Of a stretch of DNA of 64,000 nucleotides, positions 1-9,061 are shown piece after piece. The notes beneath the pieces were generated by a model. That model saw nothing but the letters and a program-made list of their open reading frames with translations, was not told where the DNA came from and did not search any database. This DNA is from a virus (Duplodnaviria > Caudoviricetes): the IMG/VR virus record IMGVR_UViG_3300023174_000048, positions 1-64,000 of that record. The stretch is one strand, 5' to 3'. Every line of letters begins with the position of its first letter. Positions within the stretch are counted from its first letter, which is position 1. A program made the translations under genes and the position numbers.

Positions 1-140
1 AATGATATTGGATCGCCAACTCATATTGGTGATATTAGTGAATTTTCTAGTAATATGTATAATATTTTATCAGAAGATCAAATTAAAGATCTTGATAGTA
101 TAACCACAGACCTATATCTCAGTATTGCGGAGATTGAATA

Positions 141-350
141 ATGAACGATAAACTCAGAAAAGATGTTCAAGAGTTCCTGCTTGACTATGAAGAAAGACTT
201 TTTATGTTGGCACTTCTTAATGGTAATAAAATAGAACATACTCTTGCTGATGATTTGAAAACAACCAATTCCTTATTGAAAACTGCTGTTAATCTTTTGC
301 AGAAGTGTGTGGTTGATGATTATAAGATAGTTCCTCAAGATGGAGAATAA
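141..350 (+). CDS. hypothetical protein
   Basis: ORF in packed + strand array, GGAG SD upstream. Confidence 0.7.
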   Translation: MNDKLRKDVQEFLLDYEERLFMLALLNGNKIEHTLADDLKTTNSLLKTAVNLLQKCVVDDYKIVPQDGE

Positions 351-353
351 TTA

Positions 354-542
354 ATGAAAATTGTTACTAAAGATTGTTATAAGGCTGATGTTTTTGACTT
401 TTATATTGAGCATAATGGGAGTCTTATTGATCTTACTATTAATAATGTTATCTCTTGGAAGTGGATGAAAATGATGTTGACTAAAGAGGAAGCCAAGGGG
501 TTAGCCGATTTTCTTTATGATACTATTGGGGAAAAGAAGTGA
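354..542 (+). CDS. hypothetical protein
   Basis: GGAG SD, packed with neighbours. Confidence 0.7.
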   Translation: MKIVTKDCYKADVFDFYIEHNGSLIDLTINNVISWKWMKMMLTKEEAKGLADFLYDTIGEKK

Positions 543-714
543 CTAAACCAACTCTTGCTGAAGATATTGGCATTGCTATTTCATGTGTGCAAGATTACCT
601 AGATACTATTGACTGTGTAGAAGAACAGGAGCATTATGATACAATTCGCCTAAGAATTGAACGATTAATGCAATTTTATTATCAACTAACAGGATTTGAT
701 CCCAATGGAGAAAA

Positions 715-933
715 ATGAACTACTTTCCTATTGAAGATAATAATAGTAATTTTGATCTGGTAGAAATTAAAACTACTAATAGTTGTAATCCAACTCCACA
801 TTGTCAAATTCATGGGGCTATGAATTGTGTTGCTATTTTTGATGGTGGTAAGTTGTGGAGATGTTTACAAAGTAATCAAGTAAAAGATTGTAGAGCAGGA
901 TGTGAGGAAAGATATAATGCAAGTACATATTAA
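715..933 (+). CDS. hypothetical Cys-rich protein
   Basis: GGAG SD; several Cys/His residues. Confidence 0.65.
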   Translation: MNYFPIEDNNSNFDLVEIKTTNSCNPTPHCQIHGAMNCVAIFDGGKLWRCLQSNQVKDCRAGCEERYNASTY

Positions 934-1114
934 ACAAGAACTAGAGGCTCTGGATCGTAATGATTTTGATCGAACAAATATTCTCGTTACCCAAATTATG
1001 GAAGATATTAAAGAAACTATGGGGAATGATTATGAAATGGGAATGGGTTTAATTGAGAATTATTTGTTTGATCTTATTAATCCTGAGTTTTTAGATTTGG
1101 GGGGAAAAAAATGA
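917..1114 (+). CDS. hypothetical protein
   Basis: GAGG SD before ATG 917; stop overlaps next start. Confidence 0.65.
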   Translation: MQVHIKQELEALDRNDFDRTNILVTQIMEDIKETMGNDYEMGMGLIENYLFDLINPEFLDLGGKK

Positions 1115-1332
1115 AAGCACCAATAGCAAGAGTTAATAAAAGATTCTCTTTTGATTATAATGAGAAAACTGTTATTGTATTGTACAGAACAGGTGAGAAA
1201 AAGGATGGAACTGAGCGAAAATTTACAATGATAGCATTAAATGAGATTCCTTTTCCGCTTTTTTACAAGGATGGTCATTTGACCGAACAAGAAATAATCA
1301 CAATTTTAGATACGACAAATGAAATTCTCTAA
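1111..1332 (+). CDS. hypothetical protein
   Basis: ATGA overlap with upstream gene. Confidence 0.65.
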   Translation: MKAPIARVNKRFSFDYNEKTVIVLYRTGEKKDGTERKFTMIALNEIPFPLFYKDGHLTEQEIITILDTTNEIL

Positions 1333-1540
1333 AGAACAAATCGAAGATACTATAATAAATGCTAATATTATAGATACAAAAACTAAACAAGAAATTATTA
1401 TTAGTGAGTACGAAAAATCACAAAAAAATATACAACCAATATGGTTAGGAGAAGGTTGGTATAAAGGAAGCCCCAATTCTTTTAACTATTTTGCAGATGG
1501 ATTTGATGCAGGAATGAATTACGCAAAGGGAACCAAATGA
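1319..1540 (+). CDS. hypothetical protein
   Basis: overlap-coupled ORF. Confidence 0.6.
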   Translation: MKFSKEQIEDTIINANIIDTKTKQEIIISEYEKSQKNIQPIWLGEGWYKGSPNSFNYFADGFDAGMNYAKGTK

Positions 1541-1746
1541 AAGTTTACGCTGTAGTTTGTGAATATGGTGCTGCTAGTATTCGTGAGAGTATAGAGATAG
1601 TTTGTAAAACTCGTAAGATTGCAGAGTCATATTATTTAAATGAGGATTTTATTGGGCGTCCAATTCGTGTTGATGAAATGATTGTGTGGGATAAAAAGTG
1701 GGAGCCACCTAAGCCTAAAAAGAAAAAGGTTAAAGGCCGCTCTTGA
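1537..1746 (+). CDS. hypothetical protein
   Basis: ATGA overlap; basic C-terminus. Confidence 0.65.
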   Translation: MKVYAVVCEYGAASIRESIEIVCKTRKIAESYYLNEDFIGRPIRVDEMIVWDKKWEPPKPKKKKVKGRS

Positions 1747-1770
1747 CAAGTGACGATAAGATGATATACT
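1743..1770 (+). promoter_or_regulatory. sigma70-type promoter
   Basis: TTGACA-16-TATACT, CGAT in spacer. Confidence 0.75.
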
Positions 1771-1789
1771 TACGCCAAAGGAGACAAAT

Positions 1790-2077
1790 ATGACCCAAAT
1801 GACAGAACAAGTGGCAAGTTATATCTATGACCACAATATCACTTTTGGAACTTATAATATTTTTGCTTGCTATGATAGCCTTGAAGATTATGATGAGCGA
1901 AAAGTATCCTTTTATGATATTTATGAGAAAGATGGATCTTGTGTAAATGAGGGTGATCCTCATTATACTTTTCCATCTTGGCAAGACGTTTATGAATTTT
2001 ATTGGCTTCCATCTGTAAGAGAAGCATCCCAAACTTTTTCCAGAGACTTGAAAAGGGCTACAAATGAGGAGCCTTGA
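1790..2077 (+). CDS. hypothetical protein
   Basis: AAGGAG SD downstream of promoter. Confidence 0.75.
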   Translation: MTQMTEQVASYIYDHNITFGTYNIFACYDSLEDYDERKVSFYDIYEKDGSCVNEGDPHYTFPSWQDVYEFYWLPSVREASQTFSRDLKRATNEEP

Positions 2078-2237
2078 TACTGAACTTGATATTGTAAGTA
2101 TTTTTATTAGAGATGCTCATAAATATGGTCTTGTACCAGAGGTTGTTCTTTTTGCTCTAAAATATATGAAACAACATCCTGAGAGCAATATTGAGGACGC
2201 TATGAGTTATGGATTCGATGAATGGGTCAAGTAGCAG

Positions 2238-2266
2238 TTGACAACTGCCGATAAGTAGTGTATACT
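2238..2266 (+). promoter_or_regulatory. sigma70-type promoter
   Basis: TTGACA-17-TATACT, GCCGAT in spacer. Confidence 0.8.
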
Positions 2267-2291
2267 GGCAACACAACGAAGGAAACGAACT

Positions 2292-2504
2292 ATGGTATAC
2301 TCGTATAAAGGGTTAATGAGAGTTAATATGAACTATTACATTGAAAAGCATGATATGGAAATTATCCTTGATGCTTTGGAAAATCTTGTAGCAATTATGA
2401 AACACGCTAAAGATAATGGTTATTATAGCCCTGCATATAGTATTGAAGATGTTGATGGTCTTTTTCAGAGTTTTGATAATGGATATAAGGAGGATGTTAA
2501 ATGA
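2292..2504 (+). CDS. hypothetical protein
   Basis: ORF after promoter; start may be a later ATG. Confidence 0.6.
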   Translation: MVYSYKGLMRVNMNYYIEKHDMEIILDALENLVAIMKHAKDNGYYSPAYSIEDVDGLFQSFDNGYKEDVK

Positions 2505-2772
2505 TCTATCTTTATCTTAATGAAACACAAAAGTTGGCTGAGATTGTGGCCGAACTTGTTAAACTGAATATTGGAGTTGTTGCTGAACTTCATGGTAATA
2601 AGTGGCATATTGAGGTAACACAATGAAAATCCATGTGGTAATTGATTATCCTAATATTGATCCTGACAGTGAAGAAGCAGACAATATTATTCAGTGTCTA
2701 GAGATGGACTTGGAAGATTTTGGTGAAGAATATGGTCATAATTGGTATATTGATGATGCTACAGAGGATTAA

Positions 2773-3174
2773 ATGACTGGTTTAAATATTCAAGCCCCGT
2801 GGTCAAGTCTTTTAATTGATGGGCTGAAAAGCGTTGAGACACGTTCATATCACTTACCATTAAAGTATGAAGGCGTTGAATTATATCTGGTGGAAACTCC
2901 TGGCAAACTTGGAAAATTTAAGGCCAGAGTTATTGGTACTATTACCTTTAGTCATAGTTTTAAATATCCAACTAAGACTGATTGGATTAATGACCATAAT
3001 AGGCATCTGGTATCACAAAATGATCCTCTATATAGTTGGAATGATAAACCGAAATACGGATGGGTAGTTTGCTCTGTCAAGAAATTTGATGAGCCTCTTG
3101 ACATTAGTGGCAAACGTGGTATAATTTTTACTAACAACCTCACTCTTTTTCAGGAAAATATTTATGTCAGTTGA
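2773..3174 (+). CDS. ASCH/PUA-like domain protein
   Basis: N-terminal LNIQAPWSSLLIDGLKSVETR matches the ASCH signature (I..PWA.LI..G.K.IETR); G.V.F later. Confidence 0.8.
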   Translation: MTGLNIQAPWSSLLIDGLKSVETRSYHLPLKYEGVELYLVETPGKLGKFKARVIGTITFSHSFKYPTKTDWINDHNRHLVSQNDPLYSWNDKPKYGWVVCSVKKFDEPLDISGKRGIIFTNNLTLFQENIYVS

Positions 3175-3394
3175 TTATAAATCTGCCGCTGAAGAATGTG
3201 CTAGATATATCTATGACAGTGATTCTGAACAAATTAGTTATCAGGAATATATCGAGTCCGGTAATGATCCACGCGACCATATTCTTTATCATGCTTCTAT
3301 TATTTTGGGCGAAGACAAAGAAGAATTTGAATGGGACATTAATTTTTACTTGAAAGAAATTTCTACTGGAGAAGATAATCATGGGAATGGGTAG
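3164..3394 (+). CDS. hypothetical protein
   Basis: overlap-coupled acidic ORF. Confidence 0.7.
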   Translation: MSVDYKSAAEECARYIYDSDSEQISYQEYIESGNDPRDHILYHASIILGEDKEEFEWDINFYLKEISTGEDNHGNG

Positions 3395-3839
3395 TTTTGC
3401 TGTTGGAAGTTTTGTTATCGAATATGATGATCTGAAAAAGATTTGTCCTGAAGAAATCGCCGCCATTGAAGGCGAAAAGTTCTTTAATGATATTGGATGG
3501 GGAACTATTGGTCAGTGGAAATCCTGGGATGATGCAGACCAATTTAAAGAAGAAATTGAAGCCCTTTATACTAATGATAAAGAGGATATTGATGATATTC
3601 TGGAAGAATATGTAAAGATTTACGACAAACATATTAATAATCTATTCAAAGCATTTCATGAAAAGACCGATTTGGTATTATATTTAGATTACTATAATGA
3701 AGAAGATGGTGATAGATATGATAATCCTGGTGACAAGGATGGTTGTATTTTCTGTGTAGGTGGAATGGTACAACTTACTCCTGCTGGCGAGAAGTTTAAG
3801 GATGTTATTAGCGAAAGAAAGTGGACACAATTCGGGTAA
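3381..3839 (+). CDS. hypothetical protein
   Basis: GGAG SD, 152 aa. Confidence 0.75.
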   Translation: MGMGSFAVGSFVIEYDDLKKICPEEIAAIEGEKFFNDIGWGTIGQWKSWDDADQFKEEIEALYTNDKEDIDDILEEYVKIYDKHINNLFKAFHEKTDLVLYLDYYNEEDGDRYDNPGDKDGCIFCVGGMVQLTPAGEKFKDVISERKWTQFG

Positions 3840-3846
3840 AAACCTA

Positions 3847-3874
3847 TTGACTAGACCGTTTGGCGTGATATAAT
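3847..3874 (+). promoter_or_regulatory. sigma70-type promoter
   Basis: TTGACT-16-TATAAT. Confidence 0.7.
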
Positions 3875-3909
3875 GATTACTGTTACTGCTATTTAGAGTT
3901 TGAAACTTT

Positions 3910-4110
3910 ATGGAGACTAAGATGAAAGTTGGTGATACTTTGTCAGTTATTGAAAAGAGTGGCAAGTTCGTTGTTACTCAAAATGGTCAACCCATTAATC
4001 TTCCCAAGACTGATGGGGCCACTATTGTTACTGAATTTGATAGTCGAGAAGATGCTGAAAAGTATATTAGTATTCTTTCCAGACTTAAAAAGCAAAAACA
4101 GTATCAGTGA
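3910..4110 (+). CDS. hypothetical protein
   Basis: ORF after promoter; start may be 3922 (GGAG SD). Confidence 0.65.
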   Translation: METKMKVGDTLSVIEKSGKFVVTQNGQPINLPKTDGATIVTEFDSREDAEKYISILSRLKKQKQYQ

Positions 4111-4138
4111 TGCTGGATTTTTAAAGATTCCTGCCCCA

Positions 4139-4166
4139 TTGACACGATACTAGGTTGTGGTATGAT
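4139..4166 (+). promoter_or_regulatory. sigma70-type promoter
   Basis: TTGACA-16-TATGAT, CGAT in spacer. Confidence 0.7.
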
Positions 4167-4187
4167 GCCACTACAAGGAGAAAAATT

Positions 4188-4430
4188 ATGAAGTGGAACC
4201 TTCAAGAATATACCAATCAGATTGCTGACTATATTGATGATGAGTATGAAAATGGACAGTCATCTCTTGGTAAATTAACTGATGATGAAAAGTATACTAT
4301 TCGTAATATGATTCATGTTCATCACGAATGTGAAGATAGTGTGAATAATACTGCTAATTATATCATGAGTTATCTTGTGGAAAGTAGACAGTTTATGAAT
4401 GATCTTACTGAGGGTGAATCAAATGGGTAA
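4188..4430 (+). CDS. hypothetical protein
   Basis: AAGGAG SD before ATG 4188. Confidence 0.7.
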   Translation: MKWNLQEYTNQIADYIDDEYENGQSSLGKLTDDEKYTIRNMIHVHHECEDSVNNTANYIMSYLVESRQFMNDLTEGESNG

Positions 4431-4719
4431 GTTTGTTGTAACCATGACTCGTTTCACAGAGGAAGAAGCATCATTTGTTATTGATGCAGATCATAGCGAC
4501 GTTGTATGGGACGTAGTAGGAAATATGAGTATACATTATCTTGAAGATAAACTCAAGTGGAAAGTAACTAAGCGTCAATGGCCGAAAGTATCAAATGTAG
4601 TCACTATTCACAATAACATTAGTGTTACTACTAAACAACTACAAGATAGATTTGACACTACTTTAAACTACTTTAAAAAGTATGGAGAAAAAAATGACCG
4701 TTCAACAACTAAGAAATGA
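4423..4719 (+). CDS. hypothetical protein
   Basis: GAGG SD before ATG 4423. Confidence 0.65.
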   Translation: MGKFVVTMTRFTEEEASFVIDADHSDVVWDVVGNMSIHYLEDKLKWKVTKRQWPKVSNVVTIHNNISVTTKQLQDRFDTTLNYFKKYGEKNDRSTTKK

Positions 4720-4963
4720 CGGCTATAAGGTAAGGGTTCTTCATAATCGTTTGTATAACGGCTATCATGCTTGGCAAAATGGTAGTCGAATTCATACTGA
4801 TGATATTACTGAGCCAGATACTAAGGGTGGTTCTACTCAGATAATTATTGACAGTCCAGATGGAAAGCATTTTCGTGGTCTTGCTATTTGTAGTAAGAAG
4901 GAAAATTACAACAAGAAGATGGGCGTTAAAATTGCTCTTGGGCGAAGCGGAGTAATTGTATGA
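4694..4963 (+). CDS. hypothetical phage protein
   Basis: GGAG SD; C-terminal CSKKENYNKKMGVKIALGR resembles a motif common in phage hypotheticals. Confidence 0.7.
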   Translation: MTVQQLRNDGYKVRVLHNRLYNGYHAWQNGSRIHTDDITEPDTKGGSTQIIIDSPDGKHFRGLAICSKKENYNKKMGVKIALGRSGVIV

Positions 4964-5163
4964 ACTGGGTTTTTATTATTTGTAAAGATAGTGCTGTTGA
5001 ACAAGTCAAAGTTTTTAAAGATTTTTGGGAAGGGGCAGAATTCACAGACAACTTTATTAAAAGGATTGAGCCTGGAGTTGCTAATCTTCCAGAATACAAT
5101 CGTGGAGAGAACTATAGGAATGGTGATCTGACTGTAGGATTATATAAGGATGAATTGATATGA
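4960..5163 (+). CDS. hypothetical protein
   Basis: ATGA overlap. Confidence 0.65.
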   Translation: MNWVFIICKDSAVEQVKVFKDFWEGAEFTDNFIKRIEPGVANLPEYNRGENYRNGDLTVGLYKDELI

Positions 5164-5450
5164 CTTTAGATGAATACCTAGTTCAGCACCTTGATTCTGT
5201 GGTGATGATAACACTATCTACAGACGAGAAGGAAGTATTTCAATATAATCACTGGAATTATTTGATGAATATGATTAGTGTGAATGATAGAGAATTTCAT
5301 CTATTGAATGATGACTATACTCTTGGTCATATTTTATATGCTGGTAATATAACAGTACGAGAAGATGGTTCTATAGTTTATACGTCATCAAAGAATTATA
5401 AACCCAAAAATGTTGTTCTTAACTTTTATTTTGGTGGGGCAACCCCCTAA
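5160..5450 (+). CDS. hypothetical protein
   Basis: ATGA overlap. Confidence 0.65.
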   Translation: MTLDEYLVQHLDSVVMITLSTDEKEVFQYNHWNYLMNMISVNDREFHLLNDDYTLGHILYAGNITVREDGSIVYTSSKNYKPKNVVLNFYFGGATP

Positions 5451-5455
5451 ATTTT

Positions 5456-5644
5456 GTGACAAAACTACGAACCATAATGTTAGAGTTTGATCTGATTGAA
5501 ATTCATCACAATAAAAAATTAAAAAACAAACCTTATCTTGTGAGAGTTTACAGTTATAATAATAGTGATCCTCACGAATTAAGGTTGAATGAGAATGATT
5601 TGAAGAATTTATACAAAATTCTGAAAGAGTATAAATACCTATGA
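5456..5644 (+). CDS. hypothetical protein
   Basis: fills gap in + strand array; start uncertain. Confidence 0.5.
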   Translation: MTKLRTIMLEFDLIEIHHNKKLKNKPYLVRVYSYNNSDPHELRLNENDLKNLYKILKEYKYL

Positions 5645-5797
5645 AGTTAACTGAATATGATATTACAAATATTGCTATTTTAGCAAACATGATTAAGAAT
5701 CTTTGTACCAAGTTTGACTATGGAGATAGTAAAACAGCAAATCAAATTTACGAAATTGATAGTTGTGCAAGAAAAATACTGAGCATGGTGGATAAAC

Positions 5798-6028
5798 ATG
5801 AATCATAAAGTATCTAGTCAAGTAGTTCATTTCTGGAATTGTATTACATGGTATATCGACCACGAATATCCAGACTACTTTAAGTTTTTTGAAGGGTCTT
5901 ACGTTAATAATAGAAAACACTTTGATAAATTGTGGGATATGATGTATGGCTATTACCTTGGAGGTAATAATGCTGAAGATACTGCAAGATATATGGTTGA
6001 CTACTTGAAAGGACAACACAATGGCTGA
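5798..6028 (+). CDS. hypothetical protein
   Basis: GGTGG SD, coupled to next gene. Confidence 0.65.
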   Translation: MNHKVSSQVVHFWNCITWYIDHEYPDYFKFFEGSYVNNRKHFDKLWDMMYGYYLGGNNAEDTARYMVDYLKGQHNG

Positions 6029-6248
6029 CAGATTTGATCTAGAAAGCAAGATTACAGACACTTATAACTTTGTTACTAATATTAATGATTTGAGTGAATC
6101 TGTATCTAATCGTAGTCTTAGTGAAGATGAAATAGCCAATGCTCTTAATGGTCTTTCTATCCTGTTGAAGTGCCATACTGATAAGTTATTTGAAGTTTTT
6201 AGTCAAGCATTAAAACTTGATAGTTATAATGACCAAACCATTATCTAG
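6021..6248 (+). CDS. hypothetical protein
   Basis: AAGGA SD. Confidence 0.7.
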   Translation: MADRFDLESKITDTYNFVTNINDLSESVSNRSLSEDEIANALNGLSILLKCHTDKLFEVFSQALKLDSYNDQTII

Positions 6249-6352
6249 AGAATACTTAATTAGTATTAAGAAATGTTATGGATTGAAGTACGCAAAAAGA
6301 TATATAATCCTAAATACTGGTGTATTCTACAGTAGAATAGGAGAGTATAGCC

Positions 6353-6922
6353 ATGAAATTACCTAAAAATGCAAAAAATTTAACCAGCAAAACTTTTGGC
6401 AAACTCATAGTAATTGAACCTACAAAAAAACCCAAAAAAAGTAAAAGCAATCAGAGATCAATATGGTGGAGATGTAAATGCGAGTGTGGTAAAATTGCTA
6501 TTGTAAGAAGTGCAGAACTAATATTAGGTCATACTAAGTCTTGTGGTTGTTTAAAAAAATGTCCATACTGGGAATCAAAAAAATATAGAGGTTGTGGAAA
6601 ATTGGCACAGTCTCATTTTAGTCATATAAAATATTCCGCCACTGTTTCAAGAGATTTTGAATTTAATGTTGATATTAAATATTGTTGGAAACTTTTTGAA
6701 AAACAAAATGGAAAATGTTTTTATACAGGGCTGCCGATAGAACTTGGTGCTAGAAATACAAAAGGCGGCATTACTGCATCTTTAGATCGGTTAGATTCTA
6801 CTAAAGGATATATAAAAGGTAATCTTGTTTGGTGCAGAAAAGATATTAATATTATGAAAATGGATAAATCTCATAAAGATTTCATAGAATTATGTAAGAT
6901 TATCGCAAAAAATTATGAATAA
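6353..6922 (+). CDS. HNH-type homing endonuclease
   Basis: KTFGKLIVIE...WWRCKCECG...TKSCGC N-terminus and SLDRLDSTKGYIKGNLVWC...N HNH-like C-terminus; preceded by TGGTGTA motif and GGAG SD. Confidence 0.8.
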   Translation: MKLPKNAKNLTSKTFGKLIVIEPTKKPKKSKSNQRSIWWRCKCECGKIAIVRSAELILGHTKSCGCLKKCPYWESKKYRGCGKLAQSHFSHIKYSATVSRDFEFNVDIKYCWKLFEKQNGKCFYTGLPIELGARNTKGGITASLDRLDSTKGYIKGNLVWCRKDINIMKMDKSHKDFIELCKIIAKNYE

Positions 6923-6969
6923 ATATTGTCCGTATATTCCCAAATGGATTAGAGGAAGTAGTAAAATAG

Positions 6970-7638
6970 ATGCTAGACGCAATAATAATAAGTGACACTC
7001 ATTTAGGAAGTGATGTTTGTGAAAGCAAACAATTATATGCTTTTCTAGAACTAGTATTTTCTAAAACAAATAGACTTATTATTAATGGGGACTTTTTTGA
7101 TAATCTTGATTTTCGCAGACTAAAGAAGAATCATTGGAAGATACTGTCTTTATTGAGACGAATGAGTAAATATGTAGAGATTATTTGGATTAGGGGCAAC
7201 CATGATGGTGATGCTGAAACTATCTCTCATTTAATTGGTATAGATTTTAAGAACGAATACGTTTTTTCTAGTGGAAATAAAAACTTTTTATGCTTGCATG
7301 GCGATCAGTTTGATGATTTTATCTACAAATATCCTAATACCACAAAGATGGCAGATTTTTTCTATAGAACTATTCAAAGATTTGACAAAAGATTTCTGCC
7401 ACAATTTATCAAGCAGCGATCTAAAATATATCTTAGATGTAATGAGCATATGATGCAAAAGTCAAGGGAATATGCTATAAATAAAATTATTGATTGTGTT
7501 TGTTTAGGACATACCCATTATCCAATCATTGACAAAGACCATGTTGTATGGTATGCTAATAGTGGATGCTGGACAGAGAAAAATTGTAATTATTTAGCAA
7601 TTAAAGATGGTCAAATAACTTTAGAAACTTTTGTATGA
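6970..7638 (+). CDS. calcineurin-like metallophosphoesterase (LpxH-like)
   Basis: SDTHLG, NGDFFD, RGNHD, HGDQFD, GHTH motifs. Confidence 0.85.
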   Translation: MLDAIIISDTHLGSDVCESKQLYAFLELVFSKTNRLIINGDFFDNLDFRRLKKNHWKILSLLRRMSKYVEIIWIRGNHDGDAETISHLIGIDFKNEYVFSSGNKNFLCLHGDQFDDFIYKYPNTTKMADFFYRTIQRFDKRFLPQFIKQRSKIYLRCNEHMMQKSREYAINKIIDCVCLGHTHYPIIDKDHVVWYANSGCWTEKNCNYLAIKDGQITLETFV

Positions 7639-7677
7639 AGAATTCCTAAAGGTAGTACGAAAGTAAAAAATTAATAC

Positions 7678-8193
7678 TTATTTATCACTTTTTTTAAAAT
7701 TATCCTTAGCCCATAATGGTTGTAAATTAGTATAATGAAAACATTCTTTTTGTTTAGAGGGATTGGATAAGTCAAAAGATGAACATGGGCGAATATGGTC
7801 TATATGCCATCCATAATAACCATAATTATCCCAACTCATACCATCTGCAAATTTGCTTTCAATATATACTCTTAAAAATTCTGGAGTGCATCCTACTAAA
7901 TCAAAAGTTTTACCATACTTACATTTACCTTGAATTGCCAGCAATTGTCTTCTTCGTAAATTACAAGATAATTTATACGTTGGATCTATTTGTTTTCTAA
8001 TTTTACGACATTTATTATTAGATTTAACTTTTCTTTTAATTATTTTTTCTCTATTATTGAGATAATATTCTTTATCTACCTGTTTTTCACAAATCATACA
8101 TCTTCCTCTAACTCCAAATTTTCCTCTTTTTTCTAAATAAAATTCAGAAATATATTTTTCTATTTTACATCGAGTACAAACTTTAGTTTCCAT
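7678..8193 (-). CDS. HNH endonuclease (Zn-ribbon + HNH), paralog A
   Basis: CTRC..CMIC N-terminus; WHIDHIRPCSSFDL...CFHYTNLQPLWAKDN C-terminus. Confidence 0.9.
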   Translation of the reverse strand: METKVCTRCKIEKYISEFYLEKRGKFGVRGRCMICEKQVDKEYYLNNREKIIKRKVKSNNKCRKIRKQIDPTYKLSCNLRRRQLLAIQGKCKYGKTFDLVGCTPEFLRVYIESKFADGMSWDNYGYYGWHIDHIRPCSSFDLSNPSKQKECFHYTNLQPLWAKDNFKKSDK

Positions 8194-8208
8194 ATATCAC
8201 CATAAAAA

Positions 8209-8325
8209 CAGAAAGCCCAAATGCTGTCAAATTGCAGTTGACAAACACTCAGGCTTCTGGTATAATGTATTGTACGATCAGCAAGAATATCTGCAATATA
8301 CTCTTACCGTTATAAAATACACCAA
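8209..8325 (-). ncRNA. candidate HNH-associated kissing-loop RNA, copy A
   Basis: Hairpin loops ATTGCAG (8291-8297) and CTGCAAT (8231-8237) read on - strand are complementary; conserved in 3 copies. Confidence 0.75.
8238..8266 (+). promoter_or_regulatory. consensus sigma70 promoter inside element A
   Basis: TTGACA-17-TATAAT. Confidence 0.85.
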
Positions 8326-8328
8326 ATT

Positions 8329-8961
8329 ATGAAAAATTGCGTTACATTAATCGGTGATTGCCATGGCAAATATAAAAGATACCATGAAATCATTCGTGAA
8401 AAAGATCGTCATGAATACACTATTCAACTTGGTGATTTTGGCTTTGACTATACGACATTAAAGAATGTTGATCCGAAAAATCATGTATTTATTGGTGGGA
8501 ATCATGACCAATATGATACTATAAACGATGTTCCAAATTACCTTGGTGATTATGGTTATGTGAATAATTTTAATGGTATTGACTTCTTTTTCTTTCGTGG
8601 TGCTTATAGTATTGACCGACAATATAGAACAATAGGTATTGATTGGTGGGAGCAGGAGCAATTAAAGATAGAAGATTTTATGAAGGCTAGAGAACTCTAT
8701 AGACAAATCAAGCCAGATGTTGTGTTGACGCATGATTGTCCTCAGAGTCTTTATTCTTATCTTCTTCCTCCAGATGCTAAGGTATATGAGAATATTACTA
8801 GTTGGGCTTTAGAAGAACTATTTAATATTCATCAGCCTAAGTTCTGGCGATTTGGTCATTTTCATCAGAGTTGGAGAAAAGTTATTAATGGTACAGATTT
8901 TAGGTGCTTGAACGAGTTGGAAACAGAAATTTTAACCAAGGGTGATGTATACGGCTATTGA
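8329..8961 (+). CDS. calcineurin-like metallophosphoesterase
   Basis: GDCHG, GDFG, GGNHD, THDCP, GHFH motifs. Confidence 0.85.
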   Translation: MKNCVTLIGDCHGKYKRYHEIIREKDRHEYTIQLGDFGFDYTTLKNVDPKNHVFIGGNHDQYDTINDVPNYLGDYGYVNNFNGIDFFFFRGAYSIDRQYRTIGIDWWEQEQLKIEDFMKARELYRQIKPDVVLTHDCPQSLYSYLLPPDAKVYENITSWALEELFNIHQPKFWRFGHFHQSWRKVINGTDFRCLNELETEILTKGDVYGY

Positions 8962-8986
8962 CAAAGGTTGAAATGTCTGATATAAT
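8958..8986 (+). promoter_or_regulatory. consensus sigma70 promoter
   Basis: TTGACA-17-TATAAT. Confidence 0.8.
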
Positions 8987-9061
8987 TAAAATGTTGATGC
9001 CACAAGGTTGGGATCGCGGGTAGTCCCATAATCAACCATCCGTAAAGTTTCGGCAGGGTTT

